This document shows positions 39,026-49,134 of a stretch of DNA of 64,000 nt, piece by piece. Location: positions 198,530 to 262,529 of the forward strand of contig JAWLHJ010000006.1 of the NCBI GenBank assembly GCA_041690395.1. The letters are read 5' to 3'. The notes under the pieces were generated by a model, which saw nothing but the letters and a program-made list of their open reading frames with translations, was not told where the DNA came from and made no database searches. The position numbers and the translations under genes were made by a program. The DNA comes from Longimicrobiales bacterium (GTDB taxonomy: Bacteria > Gemmatimonadota > Gemmatimonadetes > Longimicrobiales > Gaopeijiaceae). Positions within the stretch are counted from its first letter, which is position 1. The number at the start of each line of letters is the position of its first letter.

Positions 39026-40627
39026 TCAATCGAGCGCCACCACGACCGCGGACGACACCTCGTCCAAGCCGAGCAACGCCTCGCGGATGTCCTGCGATAC
39101 GTCGCCATCCACGACGATCGCGGCCAACGCCTCGCCGCCCTTCGCCAACCTCGCCTGGTGATAGCCGGCGATGTTGATGCCGTGGTCGCCCAGAATCGAG
39201 CCGACCCGGCCGATGACGCCCGGCACGTCGGCGTTCTTGAGGACGACGAGTGAGCCTTCCGGCGCCACGTCGACATGGTAGTCGTTGATGCGAACGATGC
39301 GCGGGTGGGCGTCGCCGAGAAGCGCCCCGGCCAGCTTGAGGCTGCCCCGCTCCGCCTTGATCGCGATCTCCACGTACTCGGTGTAGTGGCGGTGACGGGC
39401 GAGGGACGTGCGTGACACGCCGATCCCGCGCTGCTTCGCGAGGTGGCCCGCGCTCACGAAGTTCACCTGGTCCCGACCCAGGATCTTCTGCAGGAGGCCC
39501 ACCAGGACATAGTTGGTGAGCGGGCGGAGGGCGTCGTCGGACGCTCCGGCGTAGCGGATCTCCACTTCCTCGAGGCCCCCCGGCGCGAGGGCCGTGGCCA
39601 GGAATCCGAGACGTCGGCCCAGCTCGAACAGCGGCATGAGTGTGCGGAGCGCTTCGCTGCCGATCGCCGGCGCATTCAGAGCCCTCGACAGATCACCCTT
39701 GGACAGTGCGTCGCGCACCGCCTCGGCGATCTCGGTCGCGACCAGCTCCTGCGCCTCCTCGGTGGAGGCGCCCAGGTGCGGCGTGAGCACCGCGTTCGGC
39801 GCCTCGCGAAGGGGTGAGCCCTCCTCGAGCGGCTCGTTGCCGTACACGTCGAGCGCGGCTCCCGCGATGTGCCCGCTGTGGAGCGCATCGGCGAGCGCGG
39901 CCTCGTCGACGACCCCGCCCCGCGCAACGTTCACCAGGTAGGCGCCCTTCTTCATGCGCCCGAGGGCTTCGGCGTCGATCAGGTTTTCGGTGTCGTCGGT
40001 GAGCGGCACGTGCAGCGAGAGGATATCCGCGGCCGCGATGACGTCGTCCAACTCGGCGCGCTCGACACCGAGGTCGGCCGCACGCTCGTCCGTGAGATAC
40101 GGATCGTAGGCCACGACGCGCATGCCGAACGCCTTGCAGCGTTTGGCCACGGTCCCGCCGATTCGACCCGCGCCCACGAGGCCGAGCGTCCGACCCCGCA
40201 GCTCCACGCCCTTGAACTTCGACCGTTTCCACTCACCCTTACGAACCGAAGCGTCCGCGGCCGGGACCTGGCGCACCAGCGACATCATGAGCGCCATGGT
40301 GAGCTCGGCCGCCGCGACCGTGTTTCCGGCCGGCGCGTTCATCACCGCGACTCCGCGCGCGGTCGCCGCGTCCAGGTCGATGTTGTCCACGCCCACCCCG
40401 GCGCGTCCGATGACCTGGAGCTTCGGGGCTTTCGCGAGCATCTCGTCGCGCACCTTGGTGGCGCTCCGCACGACGAGCCCCTGGGCCCGCCCGAGCGCCT
40501 CCTCGAACTCCGGCGTCGAGGAGTCGTCGATCTGCACGATCTCGAACCGGTCGTCGACCGAGAAGGGCTCGAGGCCGGAGGCGGACACCTTGTCCGTCAC
40601 GAGGACGGTAAAGCGCTCGCCGCTCAT
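39026..40627 (-). CDS. serA: D-3-phosphoglycerate dehydrogenase (with ASB and ACT domains)
   Basis: RAGVGVDNID, GAGRIG, NVARGG, TPHLGAST.EAQ, C-terminal DVPGVIG ACT domain. Confidence 0.95.
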   Translation of the reverse strand: MSGERFTVLVTDKVSASGLEPFSVDDRFEIVQIDDSSTPEFEEALGRAQGLVVRSATKVRDEMLAKAPKLQVIGRAGVGVDNIDLDAATARGVAVMNAPAGNTVAAAELTMALMMSLVRQVPAADASVRKGEWKRSKFKGVELRGRTLGLVGAGRIGGTVAKRCKAFGMRVVAYDPYLTDERAADLGVERAELDDVIAAADILSLHVPLTDDTENLIDAEALGRMKKGAYLVNVARGGVVDEAALADALHSGHIAGAALDVYGNEPLEEGSPLREAPNAVLTPHLGASTEEAQELVATEIAEAVRDALSKGDLSRALNAPAIGSEALRTLMPLFELGRRLGFLATALAPGGLEEVEIRYAGASDDALRPLTNYVLVGLLQKILGRDQVNFVSAGHLAKQRGIGVSRTSLARHRHYTEYVEIAIKAERGSLKLAGALLGDAHPRIVRINDYHVDVAPEGSLVVLKNADVPGVIGRVGSILGDHGINIAGYHQARLAKGGEALAAIVVDGDVSQDIREALLGLDEVSSAVVVALD

Positions 40628-41736
40628 CGGACCACCTCGGTCAGCTCGGCGAGGAGCGCGTTCAACTCGTCCACCGTGTGCTCGCCCATGTGCCCGATTC
40701 GGAAGGTCTCCGGCTTCCATTTGCCGTATCCGCCTCCGATCACCCAGCCGCGCTGGGCCATCGCCTTGACGATATCCGGCGCCGCCGTGCCTTCGGGCAC
40801 GCGGATCGCCGTCACGCCGGGGGAGCGATACCCCTCGGGCGCGACGAGGGAGAGCACCACGCCGGCTTCGCGCATCTCGTCCACCCAGGCGTACGTCCTC
40901 TCGGCCATGGCCGTGTGCCGCGCCCACCGCGCCTCGAGCCCCTCGTCGAGGATCCGCTTGGCCTGGACCTGTAGCGCGTAGATCACCGACAGGGCCGGCG
41001 TCGACGGCGACTGATACTTCTCGGCGTTGGCCTCGAACTGCTCGAGGTCGAAGTAGTACCCCTTGTTCGGGGAGTGCTTCGAGCGCTCGAGCATCCGCTC
41101 GGAAGCCACGCCGAACGCGAGCCCCGGCGGGAGGGCGAGCGCCTTCTGCGAGCCGGTCAGCAGGAAGTCGATGCCCCATTCGTCGGTCCGGACCTCGGCG
41201 GCGCTGAAGCCGGAGACCGAGTCGACCATGATCACGACGTCGTCGAGCTCCCGAACCACGGCCGCGAGGGCGCGGATGTCGTTCAGCACGCTCGTGGACG
41301 TCTCGGAGTGGGCGACGGTGACCGTGCCGTAGTCTCCGCTCTGCAGGCGACGACGCAGCTCCTCGGGGTCGTGCGCTTCACCCCAGGGGATCTCGTACCG
41401 ATCCACCTCGAGCCCGCACGCCTCGCCGATCTTCGCGAACCGCTGGCTGAACGCGCCGTTCACGAGGGAAAGGACCTTGCGACGGCCGGAGTTGAGGATC
41501 GCGGCCTCCATGAACCCCGTGGCCGAGGAAGTCGACAGGTAGACGTGGCGCTTCGTGAGGAAGACGGCCTGGAGAGCCTCGTCGATCTCGCGCATGATGG
41601 CCTGGATGCCGGCGCCGCGGTGGGAGATCATCGGGCGCGTCTGCGCCGCGAGGACATCGGGGTGGACCTCGGTGGGTCCGGGAAGGAAGAAACGACCGAA
41701 AGGCGCTTCCGCACCTCCGGAAATGGGCTTATTCAA
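40624..41736 (-). CDS. Class V aminotransferase (serine-pyruvate/alanine-glyoxylate type; probable phosphoserine aminotransferase)
   Basis: PGPT, HSETST, DSVS, GSQKALALPPG, FRIGHMG; ATGA-coupled to serA. Confidence 0.88.
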   Translation of the reverse strand: MNKPISGGAEAPFGRFFLPGPTEVHPDVLAAQTRPMISHRGAGIQAIMREIDEALQAVFLTKRHVYLSTSSATGFMEAAILNSGRRKVLSLVNGAFSQRFAKIGEACGLEVDRYEIPWGEAHDPEELRRRLQSGDYGTVTVAHSETSTSVLNDIRALAAVVRELDDVVIMVDSVSGFSAAEVRTDEWGIDFLLTGSQKALALPPGLAFGVASERMLERSKHSPNKGYYFDLEQFEANAEKYQSPSTPALSVIYALQVQAKRILDEGLEARWARHTAMAERTYAWVDEMREAGVVLSLVAPEGYRSPGVTAIRVPEGTAAPDIVKAMAQRGWVIGGGYGKWKPETFRIGHMGEHTVDELNALLAELTEVVR

Positions 41737-41843
41737 GGATCTATCTCCTCGCTGACTGCGATGAAGACTCAGTGACGGTCGGCGCTGGAGCGCGCGGATC
41801 GGAAGCTAACGAATCGCATGACGTTTTCTAGAAGGGGACCCCT

Positions 41844-42362
41844 CTAGCGCCAGTGATCCTTCCAGCGGGTGTATTGCACGGTCGCCACACCCGCATGCTC
41901 GAGGACGTCGAGGCCCGCCGCGTCCCTGTACGCGTGCCGGTAGAAGAGGTGCGACACGTGAGACTGGACCATCAGCTTGGCGCACATGACACACGGGCTC
42001 GCGGTGACGAACGCCACCTTGTCCCGCATGTGGCCCGGCGACTTCACGAGCGCGTTCATCTCCGAATGGATGCAGCCGCACCGTCCGGCCTCGTCTGAAT
42101 CGCATCGGTTGGGAAAGCCTCGCGCGTTCCCGTTGTAGCCGATGGACACGACGTGCTCGAGTAGCGGGTCCGTGAGAACGGTCCCTACCTGGAGCCGCGC
42201 GCACGTCGAGCGCTTCGCGAGCTCCTCCGCCATGCGCATGTACACCTCGTAGAGCGGGGGCCGCGTCACCGGATCGACGGCCGCCACGAAGTCCTCCGGG
42301 ACCTCGACGACGTTCAGCGGATGCGTGTTCTCGTGGACGCCGTCCTTGAAGATCACCGGCAC
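41844..42362 (-). CDS. dCMP deaminase family (ComEB-like)
   Basis: RSTC.R..VG, GYNG, HSEMNA, PCVMC zinc motifs. Confidence 0.9.
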   Translation of the reverse strand: MPVIFKDGVHENTHPLNVVEVPEDFVAAVDPVTRPPLYEVYMRMAEELAKRSTCARLQVGTVLTDPLLEHVVSIGYNGNARGFPNRCDSDEAGRCGCIHSEMNALVKSPGHMRDKVAFVTASPCVMCAKLMVQSHVSHLFYRHAYRDAAGLDVLEHAGVATVQYTRWKDHWR

Positions 42363-42425
42363 GGGGCCTCCTTGGGGGTGAAGTACGATCGTCAGCGTTC
42401 GGCGGGGGCTCGACGCCCCCAGGGC

Positions 42426-43904
42426 TCAGTTCCAGCCGAGTCCCTGCACGAATACGCGCGCCTGAAGATACTCGACCGGGGCCCACCGGTCCGTGAAGGG
42501 ACGCCCCTCCGCCGCCACGGCCGCCTCGGCGCCGCTCCAGTCGGGAAGGTCCGTGCCCTCGGCGGCCGCGAGCACGATGAGGTTCTGCGTCACACGCGCG
42601 TCCGCCGTGGCGTCGACGACGTAGATCCGTGTGCTCGGGAAGACGCTCTCGAGCGTGGACCGCAGGCGATGCAGGAAGGCGGCGCCCGGACCCTCCAGAG
42701 GCGACAGCACGTTGGCCGCCAGGACCCCGTCGGGGGTCAGGCGAGCCGCCATCGCCTCGAAGGCCTCCGTCGTGACCATGGTCCACGGGACCGTCACGAG
42801 GTGGTCGAACACGTCCATGTAGAGCAAGTCGTAGCGGTCGGACGACGTCCGCAGGAATACCCTCGCGTCGTCGTGCGTGACCCTCACCGCATCGTCCGGG
42901 AGCCGTCCCACCGCGAAGTACCGATGCGCGAGCTCGGTCACGACCGGATCGATCTCGACGACGTCGACCGCGAGGTCCGGATGACGCTCGAGGAACGCCA
43001 CCGGCAGGGTCAGCGCGGCGCCACCGAGCACGAGGACGGAGTCGGCACGCGCGAGCTCGTCCCGGAGGATGTCCAGGCTGGCCGTCGCGTACGCGTGGGC
43101 GGGCGCCCCGTCGGCGTATTCCGCCGAGGAGGAGCCTCCGTTCTGCCAGAGCTCTCGGACCTCACGCCCGTCACGCCATGTCCGCTCCGTCACCTGCACG
43201 GAGGCGTAGAGCGTCTGGGTCTGATGGAGCACGCCGGCCGCCGGCGACAGCGCTGCGACGGACAGCCCGGCGACGCACAGCGTGGCCACGACCAGCGTCG
43301 CGTCCGGTACGCGCTGTCCGAGCAGCCTACCCGCGAGCGCGGCCAACAGAAAGAGGAATGCGGCCGTACCGGCCATCAGCACCGGGAGGGGCATGAGCGG
43401 AAGCAGCACGAAACCGGTGGTGAACGACCCGGCGATGGAGCCCGCGGTGGCCGCGGCGCTCAGGTCGCCCGCCCGTCGGCCCACGGTGCCGAGGCTCTCC
43501 GTGTCGGCCTGCACGAGAAACGGCACGACGGCACCCAGGCAGAGCACGGAAGGGGCGAACAGCACGACGGCGCTCGCCACGGCGCCCGGAATGAAGCCGA
43601 GCAGGTCCCGCGCGATCCAGGGCACGGCGATGCCGAGCACGGGAAGGGCCGCGGTGGCGCCCGCCGCCGCCAGGATCAAGGGGAGCGGCACGTCGCCGCG
43701 GTCGGCCATGCGCCCGCCCAGGTGGCTCCCCAGCGCGAGCGCCGCGAGAATCACGCCGATGACCGCGGTCCAGGGGATCGCCGACAGGCCGAACACCGGA
43801 GCGATCATCCGGGCCCCGGCGATCTCGATGACGAGCACCGCGAAGCCCGAGCCGAACGCGAGCGCGAACAGCCCGAGCCTGCGGAGACCGCCCTGTCCTT
43901 CCAT
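42426..43904 (-). CDS. Fused membrane domain / spermidine synthase-like methyltransferase
   Basis: Seven-TM N-terminus (EIAGARM.AP.FG), VLVLGG, VEIDPVV, DAR.FL, TDRWAPVE. Confidence 0.85.
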   Translation of the reverse strand: MEGQGGLRRLGLFALAFGSGFAVLVIEIAGARMIAPVFGLSAIPWTAVIGVILAALALGSHLGGRMADRGDVPLPLILAAAGATAALPVLGIAVPWIARDLLGFIPGAVASAVVLFAPSVLCLGAVVPFLVQADTESLGTVGRRAGDLSAAATAGSIAGSFTTGFVLLPLMPLPVLMAGTAAFLFLLAALAGRLLGQRVPDATLVVATLCVAGLSVAALSPAAGVLHQTQTLYASVQVTERTWRDGREVRELWQNGGSSSAEYADGAPAHAYATASLDILRDELARADSVLVLGGAALTLPVAFLERHPDLAVDVVEIDPVVTELAHRYFAVGRLPDDAVRVTHDDARVFLRTSSDRYDLLYMDVFDHLVTVPWTMVTTEAFEAMAARLTPDGVLAANVLSPLEGPGAAFLHRLRSTLESVFPSTRIYVVDATADARVTQNLIVLAAAEGTDLPDWSGAEAAVAAEGRPFTDRWAPVEYLQARVFVQGLGWN

Positions 43905-43905
43905 C

Positions 43906-45753
43906 CTACGCCAGCTGGAGGGCCTTCTTGCCGGCCTTCTTGCGCATGTTGGCGTCGAGAATCCGCTTCCGTAGGCGGATCGCGTCGGGGGTCACCTCGA
44001 TCAGCTCGTCGTCCTCGATGAACTCGAGGGCGAGCTCGAGCGTGATCTTCCGGGGCGGCTCGAGCTTGATGTTCTCGTCGGACGACGTGGTCCGCATGTT
44101 CGTGAGCTTCTTCTCCTTGCTCACGTTCACCTCCATGTCGTCCTGGCGGACGTTCTCGCCGACGATCATGCCGCCGTAGGCGTCATCCCCCGGAGACACG
44201 AAGAGCGTCGCGCGCTCCTGGAGGTTGAACAGCGCGAAGCCGACGACCTTGCCGGGCCGATCGGCGACGAGCACGCCGCGTCCGCGACCGCGCAGCGTCC
44301 CGGCCCAGGGGCCCCACGAGTCGAACTGGTGGTGGAGGATGCCCTCACCCCGCGTGTCGGTCATGAACTCCGAGCGGTACCCGAACAGGCCCCGCGCCGG
44401 AATCTTGAACCGGAGGCGCGTCGTGCCGGAGTCGCCCATCGGGCGCATCTCGGTCATCTCGCCCTTCCGGCCGCCGAGCTTCTCGATCACGGTTCCCACG
44501 AGCTCCTGCGGGACCTCGACGACGGCCTCCTCGTAGGGCTCCTGCGTCACGCCGTCTTCCTTTCGGGTGATCACGCGGGGGCGCGACACCTGGAACTCGA
44601 ACCCCTCGCGGCGCATGGTCTCCATGAGGATCGTGAGGTGGAGTTCGCCCCGGCCGCTCACCGTGAAGGTGTCGGGCTGATCGGTGTCCTCCACCCGCAG
44701 CGCGACGTTGCGCTCGAGCTCCTTGTAGAGCCGGTCACGCACCTGGCGTGTCGTCACGAACTTCCCGGACTGGCCGGCGAAGGGCGAGTTGTTGACCGTG
44801 AAGTCGACGGAGAGCGTCGGCTCCTCGACCGCGATGCCCCGGATGCGCTCCCGGTGCTCGGGGTCGGTGAGCGTCTTGCCGATCTCCACGCCTTCGATGC
44901 CCGCAAGCGCGATGATGTCGCCTGCCTGGGCTTCCTCGACCTCGATCCGGTCGAGTCCCGAGAAGGTGTAGAGCTTGGTCACCCGTGCGTCCTCGTACTC
45001 GTCGCCCGCGGTCACCATGCCGGGCTCACCGAGTTCCAGGATCGACACGCGCTCACCCACCGACACCGTCCCACGCTCGACGCGCCCGATGGCGATGCGC
45101 CCGACGTACGACGAGAAATCGAGCGTCGAGATCAGCATCTGGAAGGGGCCGTCCCGGTCCACCACTGGCGCCGGAACGCGCTCCAGGATCACGTCGAAGA
45201 GGGGCGACAGGTCACCGCCCTTGACCTCCGGGTCGGTCGAGGCCCACCCGTCGCGGCCCACCGCGTACAGGAACGGAGCGTCGAGCTGCTTGTCGTCGGC
45301 CTCGAGGTCCATGAAGAGCTCGAGTACCTCGTCGTGCACCTCGTGGGGACGCGCATCGCTCCGGTCCACCTTGTTGATGACCACGAGGGGCTGGAGTCCC
45401 AGCTCGAGCGCCTTCCGCGTCACGAAGCGGGTCTGCGGCATCGGGCCTTCGGCTGCGTCCACGAGAAGGACGACACCGTCGACCATCCGCAGAATGCGCT
45501 CCACCTCACCGCCGAAGTCCGCGTGCCCGGGCGTGTCGACGATGTTGATCTTCACGCCCTTCCACTCGACGGCGGTGTTCTTCGCCAGAATGGTGATCCC
45601 CCGCTCCTTCTCGAGCGGGTTCGAGTCCATGACACGCTCCACGAACGCCTGGTTCTCTCGGAAGACACCCGCCTTGCGGAACATCTGGTCCACGAGGGTG
45701 GTCTTGCCGTGATCGACGTGCGCGATGATCGCGATGTTGCGGATAGGTACCAT
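43906..45753 (-). CDS. typA: Translational GTPase TypA/BipA
   Basis: [47 protein letters not shown]. Confidence 0.97.
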   Translation of the reverse strand: MVPIRNIAIIAHVDHGKTTLVDQMFRKAGVFRENQAFVERVMDSNPLEKERGITILAKNTAVEWKGVKINIVDTPGHADFGGEVERILRMVDGVVLLVDAAEGPMPQTRFVTRKALELGLQPLVVINKVDRSDARPHEVHDEVLELFMDLEADDKQLDAPFLYAVGRDGWASTDPEVKGGDLSPLFDVILERVPAPVVDRDGPFQMLISTLDFSSYVGRIAIGRVERGTVSVGERVSILELGEPGMVTAGDEYEDARVTKLYTFSGLDRIEVEEAQAGDIIALAGIEGVEIGKTLTDPEHRERIRGIAVEEPTLSVDFTVNNSPFAGQSGKFVTTRQVRDRLYKELERNVALRVEDTDQPDTFTVSGRGELHLTILMETMRREGFEFQVSRPRVITRKEDGVTQEPYEEAVVEVPQELVGTVIEKLGGRKGEMTEMRPMGDSGTTRLRFKIPARGLFGYRSEFMTDTRGEGILHHQFDSWGPWAGTLRGRGRGVLVADRPGKVVGFALFNLQERATLFVSPGDDAYGGMIVGENVRQDDMEVNVSKEKKLTNMRTTSSDENIKLEPPRKITLELALEFIEDDELIEVTPDAIRLRKRILDANMRKKAGKKALQLA

Positions 45754-45937
45754 ATTCGGGAGCGCAGCGAGGCGCGGAACGAGTCAAGCTCAGTGCTCGT
45801 GCGGGACGGGATGCCGCGATCGGGATCGCGGGCCGTCTGATGCACAGCACTTCAAGTTAACACGTTTCACGTCCGGCGTCGCCGGGTGCCCGTAGCTCGG
45901 TTCGCTTTGCTTGCTCAGAACAACAAGACCCACCTAT

Positions 45938-48274
45938 ATGGGTTCTGGCTCGCTCGGGATCGTGACGCGGTGGAGGATCTACATCTTGAGACCCTTTCTG
46001 GTCATCCTGGCCCTCGCCGGGGCTCCGGCCGCCCTCCCGGCCCAAGTGACACCAGACACAGTGCAGGGAAGGGTCCTCGAGGCTCGAGCGGATCGTCCGG
46101 TGTCAGGGGCCTCGGTCAGATCGATCGCGCGGGGGCTCTCGACCGAGACGGACAGCGTCGGGGCTTTCCGGCTCGTGGTTGCGAGTGCGGGAGAGGTGCG
46201 CTTCTCGGTTTCTGCTTATGGCTACGAGACCCGAGACACGCTGCTGCGACGTCCGCTACCGGACGAGGTAGAGATCTCGTTGGAGCCGGTGCCCGTCAGG
46301 CTGCGCCCGCTGACCGTCCAGGCGTCGCGGCTGCCACGGGACGGCCCCGGTCGAGAGCGGGCGCTGTTCGACCGCGAAGTATCCCCTGGCGTCGTCGGCA
46401 TCGGCATGCCGGAGATGCGAGACGCGCCCATCGCCGTCGAACCCGACGTCCTCCGGTCGCTTCAGTCCCTCCCGGGCGTGGTCGCGCTCAACGATCTGGC
46501 GGCTCAGCTGCATGTGCGGGGAGGCGGGCCGGACCAGAACGCGTTCTACCTCGATGGTGCTCGCATCTTCGCACCGTACCACATTTTCGGCCTGTTCGGC
46601 GCCTTCAACCCGGAAACCATCGACCGCGCCGAGATGTATCGAGCGTCCTTCCCGGCCCGGTTCGGCGGAACGCTGAGCTCCGTCGTGGACGTCCGGCAGC
46701 GGGTGGGAGCGGACGATGAGCCCTCCGACGATCCACCGGAGCTCGAAGGCGCCGGCGGCGTGAGCTTGATGGGTGCCCGCGTGGCGGTACGGGGTTCGAG
46801 GCCGTCCGAGGGCCTGCGCTGGGGCGTTGGCGCGCGGCGGACACACGCGGACCTCACGCTGGGCTCGTTCACCGCACCGGACGAGTTCCCGTTCCGCTTC
46901 CACGACGTGCAGGGGAAGCTGGACATCGATCGTCCGGGCTCACGGCTATCGGTATCCGTCTTCGACTCCTCCGACAGGTTCCGGATGTTCCTGGATGACG
47001 CCGAAGGCGGACTGCGCTCTTCGTGGGCGAATCGAGCGGGCTCGGTCACCTGGAGCACGCTCTTCGCCAGGGCTTGGGAGCTCACGGCGGTGGGCTGGGG
47101 CTCCGGCTACGACGGTGATCTGACCGTCGGTGACCCGGCAGTGGCCGGGACGACGTCGAGCAGCGTTCGCGCTGCGGGGCTCCGGGTCGAGGCCGCTCGG
47201 CGAGGTGAGATGGGAGGCTTCAGGGCCGGGGTCGATGTCGAGTGGACGCAGTCCACGCTGGTCGGCTCTCCCGATTCGGTAGGCTACGTCGTCGGCGAGG
47301 ACCGCTCGCGGGCCTCGAGGTCCGCCCTGTACTTCGAAGGGGACCGCTGGTTCGGGCCGCTCCGACTCTCGCCGGGTATCCGGACGGTCTTCGCCACCTC
47401 GGGTCGCTCTTTTCTTCTGGAGCCCCGCCTTGCCGCACGCCTCCATCTGGCGCGCGACCTGGCGTTGACCGTCGGCGCGTCACGGGCCCATCAGCACCTG
47501 TTCGCGCTGCGGGACGACCGCTACCTCCTGCCGGGTGCTCCGCTCTGGATGGGAACGCGACAGGAGGAGAGCGCGCCACGTTCCCGGGCCGACGGTTTGA
47601 CCATGGCTCTCGAAGGGTGGTCGGCACGGACGTGGAGCTTCGAGCTCGCCGGGTATCACCGCAGGTTCGAAGGCTTGCCGCGCTGGCGCCCGGAGGGTCG
47701 CCGGAATCTCGATCAGCTGAGATTCGACGAAGGGCGAGCGTGGGGTGGTGAGGTCTTCGTGCGGCGTCACGAGGGGATGATCACGGGGTGGGTAGGGTAC
47801 GGGCTCTCCGGCGTGACGATGCAGGGCGCGAACGAAACGGACGAGTATCGAGCGGCCTGGGACCGGCGCCACGCAGTGGACGCAATGGCATTCCTTCGAC
47901 CGGGTGATGCCTTTTCGCTGTCGCTTCGGATGACCTACGGATCCGGCCTTCCCTTCTGGCCCCCGGCGGGGACGGTCGATGGTCGACGTTTCGACCCGGT
48001 CCTCGGCCAGACCGCTCAGGGCGATGCGTACCCGGTGTGGGCCGACAGCCAGACTCGGTTCCCGTCCTACCTGCGGATCGATGTCGGGGCCAGGACGGAC
48101 TTCCGGGTGGGAGGTCTAAGGGTGGAGCCGTACCTGAGCATTCTCAACGCCACGAATCACGCGAATGTGCTGTTCTACGAGACCGGTCAGGCGATGCCGG
48201 ATGGTCCACCGGTCTTGAGACCGACCCTTCAGTTGCCGTTCATCCCGATCATCGGGTTCGACATTTCGTTCTAG
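45938..48274 (+). CDS. TonB-dependent receptor with N-terminal carboxypeptidase-regulatory-like domain (start uncertain)
   Basis: DVLRSLQSLPGV, VRGGGPDQN, F.ARFGG.LSSV, WDRRH, C-terminal F. Confidence 0.88.
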   Translation: MGSGSLGIVTRWRIYILRPFLVILALAGAPAALPAQVTPDTVQGRVLEARADRPVSGASVRSIARGLSTETDSVGAFRLVVASAGEVRFSVSAYGYETRDTLLRRPLPDEVEISLEPVPVRLRPLTVQASRLPRDGPGRERALFDREVSPGVVGIGMPEMRDAPIAVEPDVLRSLQSLPGVVALNDLAAQLHVRGGGPDQNAFYLDGARIFAPYHIFGLFGAFNPETIDRAEMYRASFPARFGGTLSSVVDVRQRVGADDEPSDDPPELEGAGGVSLMGARVAVRGSRPSEGLRWGVGARRTHADLTLGSFTAPDEFPFRFHDVQGKLDIDRPGSRLSVSVFDSSDRFRMFLDDAEGGLRSSWANRAGSVTWSTLFARAWELTAVGWGSGYDGDLTVGDPAVAGTTSSSVRAAGLRVEAARRGEMGGFRAGVDVEWTQSTLVGSPDSVGYVVGEDRSRASRSALYFEGDRWFGPLRLSPGIRTVFATSGRSFLLEPRLAARLHLARDLALTVGASRAHQHLFALRDDRYLLPGAPLWMGTRQEESAPRSRADGLTMALEGWSARTWSFELAGYHRRFEGLPRWRPEGRRNLDQLRFDEGRAWGGEVFVRRHEGMITGWVGYGLSGVTMQGANETDEYRAAWDRRHAVDAMAFLRPGDAFSLSLRMTYGSGLPFWPPAGTVDGRRFDPVLGQTAQGDAYPVWADSQTRFPSYLRIDVGARTDFRVGGLRVEPYLSILNATNHANVLFYETGQAMPDGPPVLRPTLQLPFIPIIGFDISF

Positions 48275-48291
48275 GCGGAGATTCGGAGCCG

Positions 48292-49095
48292 ATGCCATCG
48301 AAAGCGCTTTTGCTGTTCACAGCCTGCCTCGTCATCGCCGGGTGTAACCTACCCGCCATGTTCGAGCCTCCGGCGGAGCAGTCGGCGCAACGGCTGCAGC
48401 TCTTCATGGTCCTCGACCCGGCTCGGAGCACACAGGTGCTGCTCGTGGAGCCAGTCGACGCCGAGGAGCCGCTCGGAGAGGTGGCCGCCTCGATGTACCA
48501 GATCGCGGCCGGTGATACCGTGTTGGTCGCTGATGCGGTAACGAGCGCGGGCCTCGCGCCCTGCACGGACCGCTATGGCCGCCTCGGGGGATGGGACTTC
48601 GCGTGCGCGGTGTTCGACGCGCCGGTCGAACCCGGGGTTCGCTATCTGGTTCGAGTCACATCTGCGGGCCGGCCCACGGCGACGGCGACCGCCGTTGTTC
48701 CCGGGGACTTCGAGATCGTGTACGCCGAAGCGTCCGGACAGCCTCCCGGAACCGGTGGCCTGACGGTGGAGTGGTCGGCGAGCGCCCATGCCCAGGGTTA
48801 CTTCGTCAGCGTACGACCTTCCACGGAACCCGACTGCGCGCGAACGGCCACGTGCCCGGACGGATGGTTCGTAAGCACGGTGGGCAATGCAGTCCAGACT
48901 ACCATCCCTCGGGATCTATTGCCCAAACACCTGGGGAGATGGATCCTGGAGGTTCATGCCCTCGACGCAGTGCTTCTGGAACACCTTACCACGGGGTCGG
49001 GCGGCAGCTTGTTCCCTGTGCCACCGGTGCAGAACGTGGAGGGAGGGTTTGGAGCGGTGGGGGCGTGGGCAGCACGGAGCCAACTCCTGCCGTAA
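48292..49095 (+). CDS. Lipoprotein, DUF4249-like
   Basis: Lipobox IAGC; PG.RY.V.V......ATA.VP and NVEGGFG.VGA motifs; directly follows the receptor. Confidence 0.7.
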   Translation: MPSKALLLFTACLVIAGCNLPAMFEPPAEQSAQRLQLFMVLDPARSTQVLLVEPVDAEEPLGEVAASMYQIAAGDTVLVADAVTSAGLAPCTDRYGRLGGWDFACAVFDAPVEPGVRYLVRVTSAGRPTATATAVVPGDFEIVYAEASGQPPGTGGLTVEWSASAHAQGYFVSVRPSTEPDCARTATCPDGWFVSTVGNAVQTTIPRDLLPKHLGRWILEVHALDAVLLEHLTTGSGGSLFPVPPVQNVEGGFGAVGAWAARSQLLP

Positions 49096-49134
49096 ATCAG
49101 TCCGCCGTGAGTCCGAAGTCGCGCGGCGCCCCGC

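Noticed and set aside
41737..41843. Possible glycine/serine riboswitch before the aminotransferase-serA operon
   Set aside because: The spacer is short and lacks recognisable aptamer motifs.
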